Made by a program: the position numbers and the translations under genes. A DNA stretch of 64,000 nucleotides from the human T2T-CHM13v2.0 reference genome, Homo sapiens: assembly GCF_009914755.1 (NCBI RefSeq), contig NC_060931.1; one strand, 5' to 3'. The notes beneath the pieces are model-generated. The model searched no databases. It was not told where the DNA came from and saw only the letters and a program-made list of their open reading frames with translations. This document shows positions 44,277 to 56,823 of this stretch, piece after piece (positions within the stretch are counted from its first letter, which is position 1; the number at the start of each line of letters is the position of its first letter).

Positions 44277-44410
44277 CTTAGGTTTTAATTTCATTCAATA
44301 ATCAGTTTTCATTTTGGGTCTTCCAAATCTTTTCAGGCTGAGTGTCGCATCGTCTCCTGGAGTCTCTAGATCTGTGTATATCTGCACTATCTCATTGATC
44401 TCTAAAAAGT
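44277..44410 (-). other. NEUROD6: NEUROD6 non-coding exon 1 (5'UTR); 5' boundary/TSS approximate
   Basis: Minus-strand donor AAAACCTAAG|GTAATA at 44277/44276; NeuroD genes have a non-coding first exon; lies directly downstream of a CRE/E-box cluster. Confidence 0.8.
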
Positions 44411-44700
44411 GACATTGATGCCAACTGCCAGAGCTGGTACCCATGCCATCTGCTAGTGACGTCACAGGGCAGAGAGAGCCATGTGATCCTCTCTCTTGGG
44501 ACCTTCATTCTGCACTGATCATCTGGCATCCCTGTAAGTGGGTACCAGCCTTCATGCATCAACACAGAAGGTTAGACTGATAGGAAAAAAATCTGCACCA
44601 GCATTTCACGTACAGTAGGTGCATTTCTCCTCGAACTGCTTCGGTTTCACTGGCAATCTGTAGAAATAGCTGTGTTAGTGTTCAGTTTCGCCCTGCCAAA
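44400..44700 (-). promoter_or_regulatory. NEUROD6 proximal promoter: palindromic CRE and NeuroD/Neurog-type E-boxes
   Basis: TGACGTCA at 44457-44464; CATCTG (CAGATG on minus) at 44447-44452 and 44520-44525; CATGTG at 44480-44485; CpG-poor; only a weak TATA-like TTTTTAGA near 44401-44408. Confidence 0.75.
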
Positions 44701-47605
44701 GGTGCAAGTATTAGGTGATCGTTAATATTCCATTCATTTACAAGGTGGGCTTTTGTGTGAGCAAGAGGTTTTTTTTGTTGTTGATGATGTTGTTTTGTAA
44801 AGATCACCATCCCATTTGTGCACCTGGGTACCCAGGGAAAGAAAGCCGTGAAAAGGAGCTGGAAACTGGTCTTAAGACGTTTAACCAAACTAAGATTTGT
44901 GTAAGTGAACAGGGGTCAAAAAAGGTCTCCTTTGCTTGTTTTGTTTCACAGCGTGTAACTTATGAGTGTGTGTCTCTGTGTTCTCTTATTAACATGTAAG
45001 ACTTCTGTGCTTCTTAGGCATTTGGAATAAAAGAACAGCTTCTCCATCTGGGGTCTGTGAAAGACATCCTCAAATACTCCCCTTCCTACACTTGCTGGTA
45101 TCTTTCACCAACTTTTGCAGAGACACTGCAAGTCCGTTGTTAAGGATTTCAAACTACATACTTTGTCCTCTGCAGAAAGTCACTAACTTCACTCTTTTAT
45201 TGTCCCTTATCTCTTCCCAGCGTTAACTTGCTTGTTCCCTCTCATTTCATTTCAGACACAATAAACATAAAAATTATCACTTAGGTGTTTGTCTTCCTCT
45301 CCCTGACATTCTGCTGAGTATTTTAATCAAAGATTAGCTTTCCTGTTTTTGTTTTTTTTTCTTTTTTTTTGACTTTCAGATTTTTTTCTTTCTCTTAAAA
45401 ATCTTGTCCTCACATTTTTCTCTAGACCAACATCAATTTAAATATCTTCTTGTTCTTGTATCAGTGTCCAGTTGTTTTTCCCTGTCAGGTGTATTTCAGA
45501 TTTATCTTTTTTCCCCGCTCCACACTTTTGGTTTCTTCTTAACAAAAGCAGGGTGGAAACAGTTAAGCAAAGCTGGCAAAGCCTTATAGATAATACGAAC
45601 TGTGGAGGCAGAGACAAACTCCACCTTCCTCCTGTTTTCTCTTCTCCCGTGCCCCCACCCCTATAAAGGACATTTGATTTCAGGATTGCCTGCCAGTAAA
45701 GTAAAAAGTGCACTTAAAAAAAATAAGTAAAAGTTTTAAAATAAACAAATAAACGCAACCTTTGTTGTTTGGCAACTGAGTAATCTCTTTCTATAAAGTG
45801 AGAGAGTATGCTTTTGGTATTAAAGTAATCCCTGCAGAGCTGTAACTGTTGAATCTGTGTTAGCATTCCCCTTATAAATCCCAGTTTTGCAAGGTTTAGA
45901 ATTCTGCTGCTTTAATGCACTTTGGATCCAAATTGGCACCAAGGGCCTCACACTAAATTCAATTTTGCTTCTGTCATACCCCACTCATTTCCACCTTCTT
46001 CAAAAAGTTGCTTGACTTTTCCTGGACAGTTCTAGAAATGTTGGGGAAGCTGGCAAAAAGGAGAATCAAATATGTAAAAGCAGATAATTTTTCTCTCTTA
46101 ATGGCCCAGTAAAAAATGCAAATTTAAAATAAGAGTCAGGCTATAAACTCCTAAGTTAAAATAGGTAGGTTGGCCTAGCTTCTGTTTTTTAAAAAGCCAG
46201 ATATACCATAGCCATTGTAAAATTTGTTGTTTAAGAATATATTACTTGGTAATGGGTGCATTGAGTATATTTCAGATGGCTTTTAATTCAAGAAGTACAC
46301 ACAGTTTTTATATTAGCATAGAGAATTTCTATAGGAAGGCCAGTTGCAGAATTTTGTTGGTCTCCCATATGATTTAATTTTTAAATGTAAAGGAGCGTAA
46401 GTATCAGAGTCATGAGCCACAAAGCAGCCAGTGCTGTCTTGAATTTTGTATATTGCACCATATTCTAAACTTGCAAAGTCTCCAAAAGCTGCATTGTATT
46501 AAAGGCATCACAAACATGAAAATCAAAATCCAAGGAATAGATGACATGATATGCCAGTAGAAAATTACCATGGATGTACTTCATTGAAAGGGTAGATTTT
46601 ATATTTTATCTTGGCATTTGCAGAAAAATGAGAAGCAATTTATCGATAAAAACATTTGAGGCTGTGCTATTCCTGCCTTTGAACACGAAAGAAAAACCTT
46701 TGGTGCTGACGGGGTGGAGGAACAGAATTAGTGTTCAGGTTTTCTGACTATTAATCTATTGTTTGGATGCTTTAGTCTTTTGTTTTTTTTCAAAAAAAAG
46801 GTGGGGGTAATAAAAAGTTGTTATGTCAAGATTTAGCAAGAATTAAGTGTGTTTGTACAATAATCTTTCAAAAGAAATTTTGTTATGCATTTTCTACTAT
46901 AGTTCCAGATATGCAAATGCCTGTGCTGTTAATATGCATTCATAACATACACCATAAGGGCTGTTCTACTCTCTGCTAAGAAAGCATGTTAACACCAATA
47001 CTCCAAACAGAAATACATTCTGACTTATAGATGAATATGCAGAGTATGAGAAGTGTATTATCACCATTTCTATAATGTAGTTTCTCATTTTACAACAACT
47101 ACTGCATACCAAAGTTCATATCTCTAACTCATTTTGGTATTAATTTAATTGATATGATTTTTGCTTCTGGGGCCATGCAATTTTATATTTTTTAAAACGT
47201 GTCCAATGTCTGTCTGTCTGCCTATCTCTTGCTTTCACTGGGTAAATGCTCATATTTCACTCATAAAAATGAGCCACGGAAAATTTAGATATAATTTTGA
47301 CTCTGTTGTAAGACAATAAAAACCAAAAGTCCCAATTAAGGCTCGAGTGTTGTTGTTTTTTATGTCATCCTGTTGGTGCCTGTGTCTTAGCAAGTGGGAA
47401 TTCTATTGACTCCCTTTTTCACAGTCCTCTCATCATTTGAGATCAGTTTGAAACATGACAGGCATTTTTCTCAATTCTCCAAGGGTATAAGGCAACAGAA
47501 TGTGGACTGGGACAGGATCAAGCAGCACAAGCCCAGGACCAGAGTTTTTTCCCCAGATGTGGGGTACTAACACACACTGAGATCAATTTTGAATTTTTCT
47601 CTCTT

Positions 47606-47665
47606 TTCCTTCCTTCCTTCCTTCCTTCCTTCCTTCCTTCCTTCCTTCCTTCCTTCCTTCCTTCC
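47606..47665 (+). repeat. (TTCC)n microsatellite
   Basis: About 15 perfect TTCC units. Confidence 0.95.
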
Positions 47666-48959
47666 TGTCTTTCTGTCTTTCTGTCTTTCTTCTTCTTCTT
47701 GCCTTAGACAGATCTTCAGGGTGCTCATGAAGCTTGTGAGCAAGCTCCTCAGTGTTAGTTCCTAGAGTTTTAACTTTGTGATCCCCATTGGCTTGAAATA
47801 GTTTTATGGCTGTGGCAGTGTCCCACTTTGGAAAACAGTCCTTGGAATTTACGTAAAAGTGTTTTAATTATCAGGCAAAATATAAAACAACCTCATTCCC
47901 TCAAGTCCTTAGAGGGCTTAAAAATATAATTTAAACATAGATGGTACAAAGATGTTGCTTATATATACACATGAGGATTATGTAGACTAAACAGATAATC
48001 TGTAATAATTTGAGGGCAACTTTTGGATTACTTATTAGATTTACTTCAAGGTGAAGACTACACTGAATTATCTTATTATTATGTAATAATTATATTTGTT
48101 GTTTATGTGGCTCATAGACTGCAATATTCAGTCTTCTATTATGCTTTGCTCAAACAGCACTCTTTCCGGAAATATTCTTTATTATTTTTCCCCCATGGAA
48201 CATTTTACTGACCAAACCAGATTTAATTTTTATTTCTCATTTGTTATTAAATAAGGGCATCTAACACTACCAGTTAAAACTTCTACCAGTATGAGAAAAC
48301 TAGTATTACTGGACTGAGTTCTTATAATTCCAGCCACAAGTAGCGAGATGATGTTTTAACTTTTGTGATCTCACTGTAAGGAAATGTACAGTTTTCTTTA
48401 GGCTTTAAAAATATTAAGAATAATGTGTTAACCCTAATTACTACTTTTTATAATACTGAATTAGAAATTATTGTTCTATTCCAATACATGTAATGTAGTG
48501 ATTATTTTTAAACATAGAAGACAGAAATACAATTTGTTTCTTTTTCCTATTACATTCATTCATTTTGTAAGATTGAAGTAAGACCATTTTATAAGACCTT
48601 TATGCAAGAGATGTTTTTGCAAAAGTTTTATGCAAAGTGCATTTTTGAAAATCAAGTTTTATGTTAGGTGATGGTATGATGAAGTGCAGGCTCTCTTAAC
48701 ACAGACGATTCCTGGATGGATTTGAAGAGGTCCTTGAGCCTCCCAAGATGCTGTGCAAATTGGCACGTATGTACATACATGCACTTTTCTAAGGAAAGGC
48801 TTTCTTTGTCAGATTCTAAAAGGGTAAGAATGACAAAGAGTATTTTGACATTTTACTAACCTTGTTTCAAATCTTGATCCTGCTGTTTAATAGCTGTATG
48901 TCATTCATTCGTTCATTCATTCATTAGTTCATCAAAATCTTATTGAAGATCTATTTTGG

Positions 48960-49700
48960 AGTAATTTTTGACTCCTTTTTTTCTCTCACATCCCACAATC
49001 AATATGTCAGCAAATCCTCTCAGTTCTATGTTAAAATTACACCCAGACTCTGAGCACTTTTTAGCAATTGCCCTACTCCTACTCTGGCGGCCGAGAACAC
49101 CATCACCTTTCACCTGGCCTAGATGGCATCTGGGCTTTCACTCTTGGCCCCTTACATCCCATATAGGACTCTCAATTCAGTAGCCAGAGACATCTGATTA
49201 GAACATAAATCAGACTGTGTTCTCCTGTACTCAGAACTCTCCAGTACTTCTCCTCTCCCTCAGAGCAGAGGCCAAGTCCTGGCAGAGGCCCAGAGGTTTC
49301 TCCTGGCTTCTGCGATTCCATCTTCTGCTTTCCCCTGAACTCACTCATCTCCAGTGACACTGGCTGCTGGCGATTCCTTGAACACTCAGGCACCGTCCCA
49401 CCTTAGGGTCGTGGCACTGAATTTCCACCTGGCATTTTCTTTTTGCAAATCCCCGTGGCTTATTCTCATACCTTTCAAGTCTCTGTCCACATGGCCCCTC
49501 TCAGTGAGGCCTCCCCTGGCCCTCCTAATTTATACTGTGGCCCTGCACCCACTAATTCCTCCCTATCCATTTTCTTCCTGTTTTACTTTTCTCTGTAGTA
49601 CTTATCACTTTCTAACACAATACATTGCTGATTTCCAGTGTGTATTAATCTACATTTCTAATGCCTGCCCATGAAAGCCAGGAAGTACATACTTGTTGAA
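48960..49700 (+). mobile_element. L2 LINE fragment
   Basis: ctttttttctctcacatcccaca, cagtagccagag...aaatcagactgtg, cagtgaggcctcccctggcc. Confidence 0.6.
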
Positions 49701-50171
49701 CGAAGAAATGTGTACCAGGCACTGGGTTAGTGATGGCCATTCAGCAGTGTGTACAGCAGCTGTACAAGGCTGTGGGGGAGTTTGCAGTCTAGTAGGGGAG
49801 ACAGACAATGAACAGGTAAACACATGCATGTGGAACGTACACATCAGAGGCTACAGAGAAAAATGGGAGGACCTATTTGATTAAAGCACTGAGGAGCCCT
49901 TTCTGAGTCGTCCTTTAAGCTGAGACGAGCAGGTGGAGCAGCAGAGGCAGGAGCTCGTGCTGTTTCTTCTGGTCTGGGAAGACTAGGAGCAGCGCCGTGA
50001 CAGTAAGCCCTGGATCGTCCATGGGTGCCTGGGTCGTGGTAAAGCATTTCGAATATATTCCAAAGGAAGCCTTTGGAGAGCCTGAGGCAATTTAAGGTTG
50101 GAAACATTTTCTTTAGCTGGCTCCAAGGAGAAGATTTGGAGAGGGCAAAAGAAGAAACAGGGAGAGAACAG

Positions 50172-50840
50172 ACAGGGCTCAGGACACACTACCCCAAAAT
50201 TTGGCATATTGAAGCTGAAGGAATTTGAGAAAGCCTTAGAAGCAGGAAGATCTCTCAGACTTTCCCCACTTCTCCCTTGAAGCAGATGATAAAATATAGG
50301 AAGGATTTTCTTTTCTATTTATTCCTTCCTTTAGAGACAGTGTCTTACTGTGTTGCCCAGGCTGGTCTCAAGCTCCTTGCCTCAGGTGATCCTCGTGCCT
50401 TGGCCTCCCAAAGTGCTGGGATTGCAGGTGTGAACCACTACACCTGGACCAAGAAGGATTTTCTGACCTTCCCCTGAAGCAGGTCAGAAGACCTGCATGT
50501 GAGAGGTGCCCTCCCTACACCCAGATGAAAGGAATCCCTTGTCTTTGAAGACATGGGAACACAGATTAGAATCTGAACAAACAGATCATGCTAAGTTTCC
50601 TCAGTTTATTACCATTAGATTACATTATTTGTCACATCATATTTCTTCTTGACTCTTCTTTTTTATCAAATCCAGTATAAAAACACTCAAGTTTAACTCT
50701 TTGTTTGGGTTGTCATTTCTTTATGAAGGCTCCCATGTCATAGAAAACTTATTAAATAAATGTGTATGCTTTCCTCTGGTTAATCCGTCTTTTATTATAG
50801 GGACCTCATCCATGAACCTAGGATGGGTAAGAAAAGAGAT
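50172..50840 (+). mobile_element. ERV1-class solo LTR (MER34/MER39-like) interrupted by an Alu monomer
   Basis: caggacacactaccccaaaatttggcatattgaagctgaaggaatttgagaaa...ttattaaataaatgtgtatgcttttc. Confidence 0.6.
50312..50450 (-). mobile_element. FLAM/AluJ monomer
   Basis: Reverse left monomer; TSD aggaaggattttct / aagaaggattttct. Confidence 0.85.
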
Positions 50841-51059
50841 ATTTCTCCTCCTCCACAGAAATTACAAAGCCTGTGAGAGTAGACAGAGCTGGAGGGGATG
50901 ACTGTGGCCCCAGGTTGAGTGGGGGCAATGGAAAGGGAGAAAAAAGGAGGCATGGAAATATATTTTGGAGATGGAATCGATAGAATTTACTGATTGAATG
51001 GATGTAGATTACCTGTAGGAAAGTTATAAAACCTCTGGTCATGAGGATGATGATGATGA

Positions 51060-51300
51060 CGATGAACAAAGTATTCATTCATACGCAGGGCACCGAGGAT
51101 CAGGCTAAGGGCTGTATAAACATTAGCACATTTGTTCCTTGCAGTAAGGTAGATGTGAGTGTCCTCATTGCAGAGATAATGAACTTATGGCTCAGAGATA
51201 TTAACTAATGTTCCTGGACTGCTCAGTTTTCAAGTGAGAGAATCATCATTTGGACCTAGGTCAGCCTGAATCCAAATCCTACCTTTTAAACTACTATACC
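51060..51300 (-). mobile_element. MIR SINE
   Basis: cattgcagagataatgaacttatggctcagaga core. Confidence 0.5.
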
Positions 51301-51463
51301 TTGCTACCTTAAGAATTAAATGATCAATGTCAATGGACTGCCTAGGACTGCCTCTGGTATAAAATAAATACTGAATTAATAACATTAGATGAAGTAGCAA
51401 AACTTGACCGTGAATCTATTTACAAAGTGAATAATTATCTTACCAATGTATCTGGTGACTTAA

Positions 51464-51893
<430 letters not shown>

Positions 51894-52189
51894 GACAACA
51901 AGCTCTTATTTGACTCCGAAGAGTTGAGGGTTGAGTTGTTCAATTTTATTCCTTCATTGTTTTTCATTCATTCAACAAAACCCTTACTTTTTTGTTACTA
52001 CTATAGATATGAGAGGAAATATGGATACATAACAGAGGCCCAGCTCTTATGGAAGTCAGAGTTGAATTAGGCACATGAAACGCATCCACAATCATCTAAT
52101 TAAAAATAGTATGAGCTCACTATAAGAGAGGTTGTTGTTAGGGATAAAGAAAACATTTGACTAGAGCTTGCAAGTATGTGAAGAATTTT

Positions 52190-52660
52190 TTTTTACCTTT
52201 ATTTGAGATATAACAGAGACTGAAAAGTACACATGACAATAAGTTCACAGTTCAATTAAATTTTTCCAAGCTTAACACAGCTATATGACAGGATCAAGAA
52301 ACAACAACACCGGCTACCCAGAAGCCTCCTTCTTCCGTCTTACAGCTACCAGCCAGCCCTCCCCAAAATAAACCAAAAACTTGACTTCTAACTGCATCAA
52401 TTAATTTTGTCCATTTTGTACGTTATATAAGTGAAATCATGGGCCTGGTTCCTTTATCTCAACTTTTTTTGTGTGAAGTTTATCCACATTGTATGCAATT
52501 GTAGATTGTTCACCCTCACTGCTATATAGTATTCCATTGCATGACTATACCACATTTTGTTTTTCCATTCTGTTGTTGATGAATATTTGGGTAGTTTCTA
52601 GTTTGGGGTTATCATAAGTGCTATTCTAGTATATTTAATTTGGTAAACATATGTATGTTA
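52190..52660 (-). mobile_element. L1M 3' end fragment
   Basis: tttatttgagatataac...gtattccattgcatgactataccacatttt...gtttctagtttgggg. Confidence 0.7.
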
Positions 52661-53309
52661 GCCACATCCCATTCCTATGTATATATCCTACAGAAATGTG
52701 TACGTGTATTCTGTGTGTAGGACTTTGTTTCATATAGAATGGGACATTTGGGAAGAGGTAATCTTTATTAATTACCTGCACAATCACACACATCCTAAAA
52801 TCATTATACAAGTTTGATAACATTCTCCCAAAGCTAAAAACACACTATCAAGAAGGGTATTGATCACCAATCTACAGATTTTTCTTGAATGATTCCTTCA
52901 TATCAAACAACTGTGTTTGATGTTGGAGAGAGTAGAAGACACAATCCCTTCATTCAAGGAGTCTGGAGATCTGTTGAGGAAATAGAACTGACATATTTGA
53001 AGCATTGTGATGCACCACTCTGGTACAGAGTATCAAACAAATGAATATCTGCTTTGTTTTCCTAACAGCCTTTTGGAAGACAGTGCAAACCTAAGATTAT
53101 GCAGTAGTTTACCAAGAACATATTTCAGAATATTTGCCTTTAAAGAGTACTTCGGTGGAAATTTAAGTTTTCTAACATTATGGCTAAATTATTAAAACTA
53201 ATATTTGATCAATGTTATTATGAAGACTAATTTTTTGAATACATTGTTCTAGCTTTTCTGCATATATTATGTAGTTTTTACAACAGCTATATGAGGATTA
53301 TATGCATAG

Positions 53310-53520
53310 GCAGACTGGTATAGTGGTTAAGGATGGCAAATGGCACCAGACTCCCTGATTCTGCTACTTTCTAGCTGGATGACCCTGGGCAAGGTCTCTA
53401 TGCTTCAGCTTCTCCGTCTCCCAGTTGGGACTGATTCTATTCTTATCTCATAGGTTGTTGGATATAAAGGGCTTAGAATGATACCTACTACATAGGAAGC
53501 ATCGTATTATTTGACAGATT
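53310..53520 (+). mobile_element. MIR SINE
   Basis: gtatagtggttaagg...tgaccctgggcaag...gcttagaatgatacct. Confidence 0.65.
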
Positions 53521-54489
53521 AATTTAAAATAAAAATTGAGGAAGGGTGGGAGAGTTGAGTATAAGGCATTTATGTGAAATGATTTCTCAACTCTTTGTGA
53601 AGAAAAGGCAATGTCTGTGGCAATGTCCTGTGGTTGGTCATTCAAGCGTTCAGGGTGTAGGTGGAGAACATGTATTATATTGTCAATGAAATCAATTATT
53701 CTGAAGGTATTATCTAGACCTCTGCTTGCAATTTCAGCACCTTGGACTAGGAAATATGGCAATGTTTTAAGGACAAATAACTTCTTAGTGAAGCTTGAGC
53801 CAGACTACAAATCTTTCAGTGACTTGAACTTCTTGGCTGTGCATACTCCAATTCTTTCCTACATAAGCCTTGCAGCCTTTGCTCTTTGTCTCTACCTACT
53901 TTCAAATCTCTTGGTGGCTTTGATGGAAGGAGTACATTGCACACCAAGAAGACACACAGAAAGCATTTTCAGTCCTGATGTTTACACGCTTGCAGACAGA
54001 AGCTGGCAAGGTGAGTTTGGAAACTAAAGCTTTAGGTTGAACAGCTGACCTTGCTAAAGCCACAGATTCAAATGGAAAAAGGCAGGAGCTAATCACCACC
54101 AAGGGAATGCACTTATTTGTCCTGGGATGTAACATATGCAGTTAGGTCTTATAACCCCTAGAACACATTAAAAAAAATTTCATGGTTCACACCTTACAGG
54201 AATAAACAGCTAGTGAATCCTAAGGAAAATGAAAAAGCTCAAATCATTATTTGTCTTTTAGTATTTTAGACGTCTGGTTGGTTGGCTCTGTTTTGTTGTC
54301 AAATTTCATCTAATTACAATATATTTTTCATTTGTGTTTTAAAATAGCAATCCTAACCCACTGTTATTATAACATATGTGGTAAGTTGTTATTCCCAGGG
54401 TGGTGATAAATTTGTGGTGATCCATTCACATCCTCATGGGTTGGAATTAATCTTTCTCCTCTGATTTCCCACTACACTTTGTGCTTCTA

Positions 54490-54670
54490 TTATTGTGCTT
54501 AGTGTAATTTGCTTTGTAGTATAGCTATTTGTGACTGCATCTGTCTCCCCTACTAGACTGTGAGGACAAAAATGATCTCGGATTTCTGTTTGTTTCATTT
54601 GGCTTTGCAGTACCTGCATCACATAACACACTGATTTGCACATAGTAGGGACTCAATAAATATTGATGGT
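54490..54670 (+). mobile_element. L2 3' end
   Basis: ctgtctcccctactagactgtgagg...gcacatagtagggactcaataaatatt. Confidence 0.7.
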
Positions 54671-56073
54671 AGAATCAATTGATCAATTACAGTTGCAGCA
54701 GATTTGGCTGAAGAATACCTCAGAGCAATGAGGCCCATCTGTCAATAAAAGCTGTGATCTTTGCCTCATTAACACCATGGCTAAGCAATGAAATAAAAGT
54801 CAGTGACAAAAGGCTTTGTGTCCCACATACCATAAGCTAGATTGTAGATTATGTAATTCCTTCAGCAGTAAAAAATCCTTCGGAAAGCAAGAGGCTATAT
54901 AGTAGCAATAATGATCCATAATTTTATACAGTCTGCATGTGAAGGTTGACCCCAGCATACTCTCTCCTGGCTTTTTCAAAGGAGCAAGGCTGTCCAGTGC
55001 TAATTATTTCTTTCAAAGTCTAGAATAACTTTTTCACTGAGCAGTTTGCATTTTGGCCGCCAATACTGGTACAAGATCCAGTCTAATATAGTGGCACATG
55101 GCTTTCGATTCTGTTATTAGCCAGTGTCCTTTTCTGGAGGAAATATATCATTATATCATTGTTCTTTTGATTCAGAGTTCAAGCATTCCCAGGCTGGGCT
55201 TTCTACCACTGGCAAGATGTGGGTTTGGCTTGTTGGTGGTGAAGCTAACTTACATTACACCGGCTCAATTAGTTGCACCGCTGCTTTCTGTTGAAAGGTG
55301 TTGGACATCGAAGAGAACAGAGGGGCAGTTCTTCATCCTGCCCTATTTGACCCTGCTCGTTCCTCAGCTGCTGAGGCAGCACATATATTTGGTGGACTGA
55401 TAAGGAATGGGAAACACATGATATTGACAACATTTTTCTGTTCTCCAAAGCAAAAATCCTTCCAGATTAGCACCTCACTTCCAAATGATCCATGTTGGGA
55501 GGAGTCTGAAAGAGAATTAGTGAAGAAAGTGAAATCGAAATAAGTAAATATGTTATGCATTTGGGATTAAAGGCCAGACAGGACACCTAAAACCAGCATG
55601 TAACTAACTAACCACAATTATCAAATGCCTGGCATGGTCAATGAACAGAACGTGATCCTGTGCTTGAAGAGCATTTAGACACATGCAGACCTACTGCTGA
55701 AGCAGTGGGGTATGAGCCATAGGAGCCTGCCTCTTTTATGTCTGAAATGACCCTAGACATTTTCAGTGGTGATGGCAGTAAAAACATATACTAGCCCCTT
55801 GGGAATTTTTATAAAATGAACATTCCAATCTAGGAGAATAATTTTTCTACAATTAGAAAGAACAAATCAAGTTACGGCCTTTTTGAGTGCTTGGTTTTTA
55901 ATATTTCCTCAGGAGACCAGACTTATTTTTATTTTTTCCGTGGAAATTCCAGTCATAACTAAACAAAAAGTGAAAATTGTGCACATGAGGTGATGTGTCC
56001 TTTAAATCCAAATCTCTGGGCAGTGTGGAATTATAACTTCTGTGGGCTCTAGGCACTTTGATTTTTTGGGTTC

Positions 56074-56429
56074 TGGTATGGTTTGGCTTTATGTCCCCAC
56101 TCAAATCTCATCTCAAATTGTAATCCCCAGGTGTTGAGGGAGAGACCTGGTAAGAGGTGATTGAATCATGGAGGTGGTTTCCCCCATGCTGTTCTCATGA
56201 TAGTGAGTGAGTTCTCACGAGATCTGAGGTTGTTTTAAAGGGCTCTTCCCCCTTCACTCTCTCTTGCCTGCTGCCATGTAAGACATGCCTACTTCCCCTT
56301 CCACCGTGATTGTAAGTTTCCTGAGGCCTCCTGGCCATGTGGAACTGTGAGTCAATTAAACCTCCTTTGTTTATAAATTACCCACTCTTGGGTAGTATCT
56401 TTACAGCAGTGTGAAAACAAATTAATACA
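56074..56429 (+). mobile_element. THE1D-like MaLR solo LTR, inserted in an older hAT-Tip100-like MITE (~56020-56606)
   Basis: tggtatggtttggc...caaatctcatctcaaattgtaatcccc...gtgagtcaattaaacctc...gtgtgaaaacaaattaataca. Confidence 0.88.
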
Positions 56430-56823
56430 GGCCCCTTCCTCCATAAAAATTAAAAATAAATATATTTTATGATTATGTTAGTATGAAGACATAATCCAGG
56501 CTGAGTTATATTCATTTTTTATTCTGATTTTTTTCTCGTGGGCCAGTTAAAATATTATGGGCCCTTGGCACTGTGTGTGCTATGCCTAATGGATAAGTCC
56601 ACCCTGTCCTTAGAGATTGGGTCTGACCAACAGCATTTTAAAAGCTCCACCTGGTTGAGAATCTCTGTGGTGTAAGGGTTACCTGCTACCTGCAAGGGCC
56701 TTCAGAATTATTTGTGGAAGTGTCTGCCTCTTCTGCTTTTTCCAACTCTAGTTTTCATAAGCTTCTCACTCTCCATATGAAATATACAGATGATTCAGGG
56801 ACATGGCAGAATGGGTATACTAT

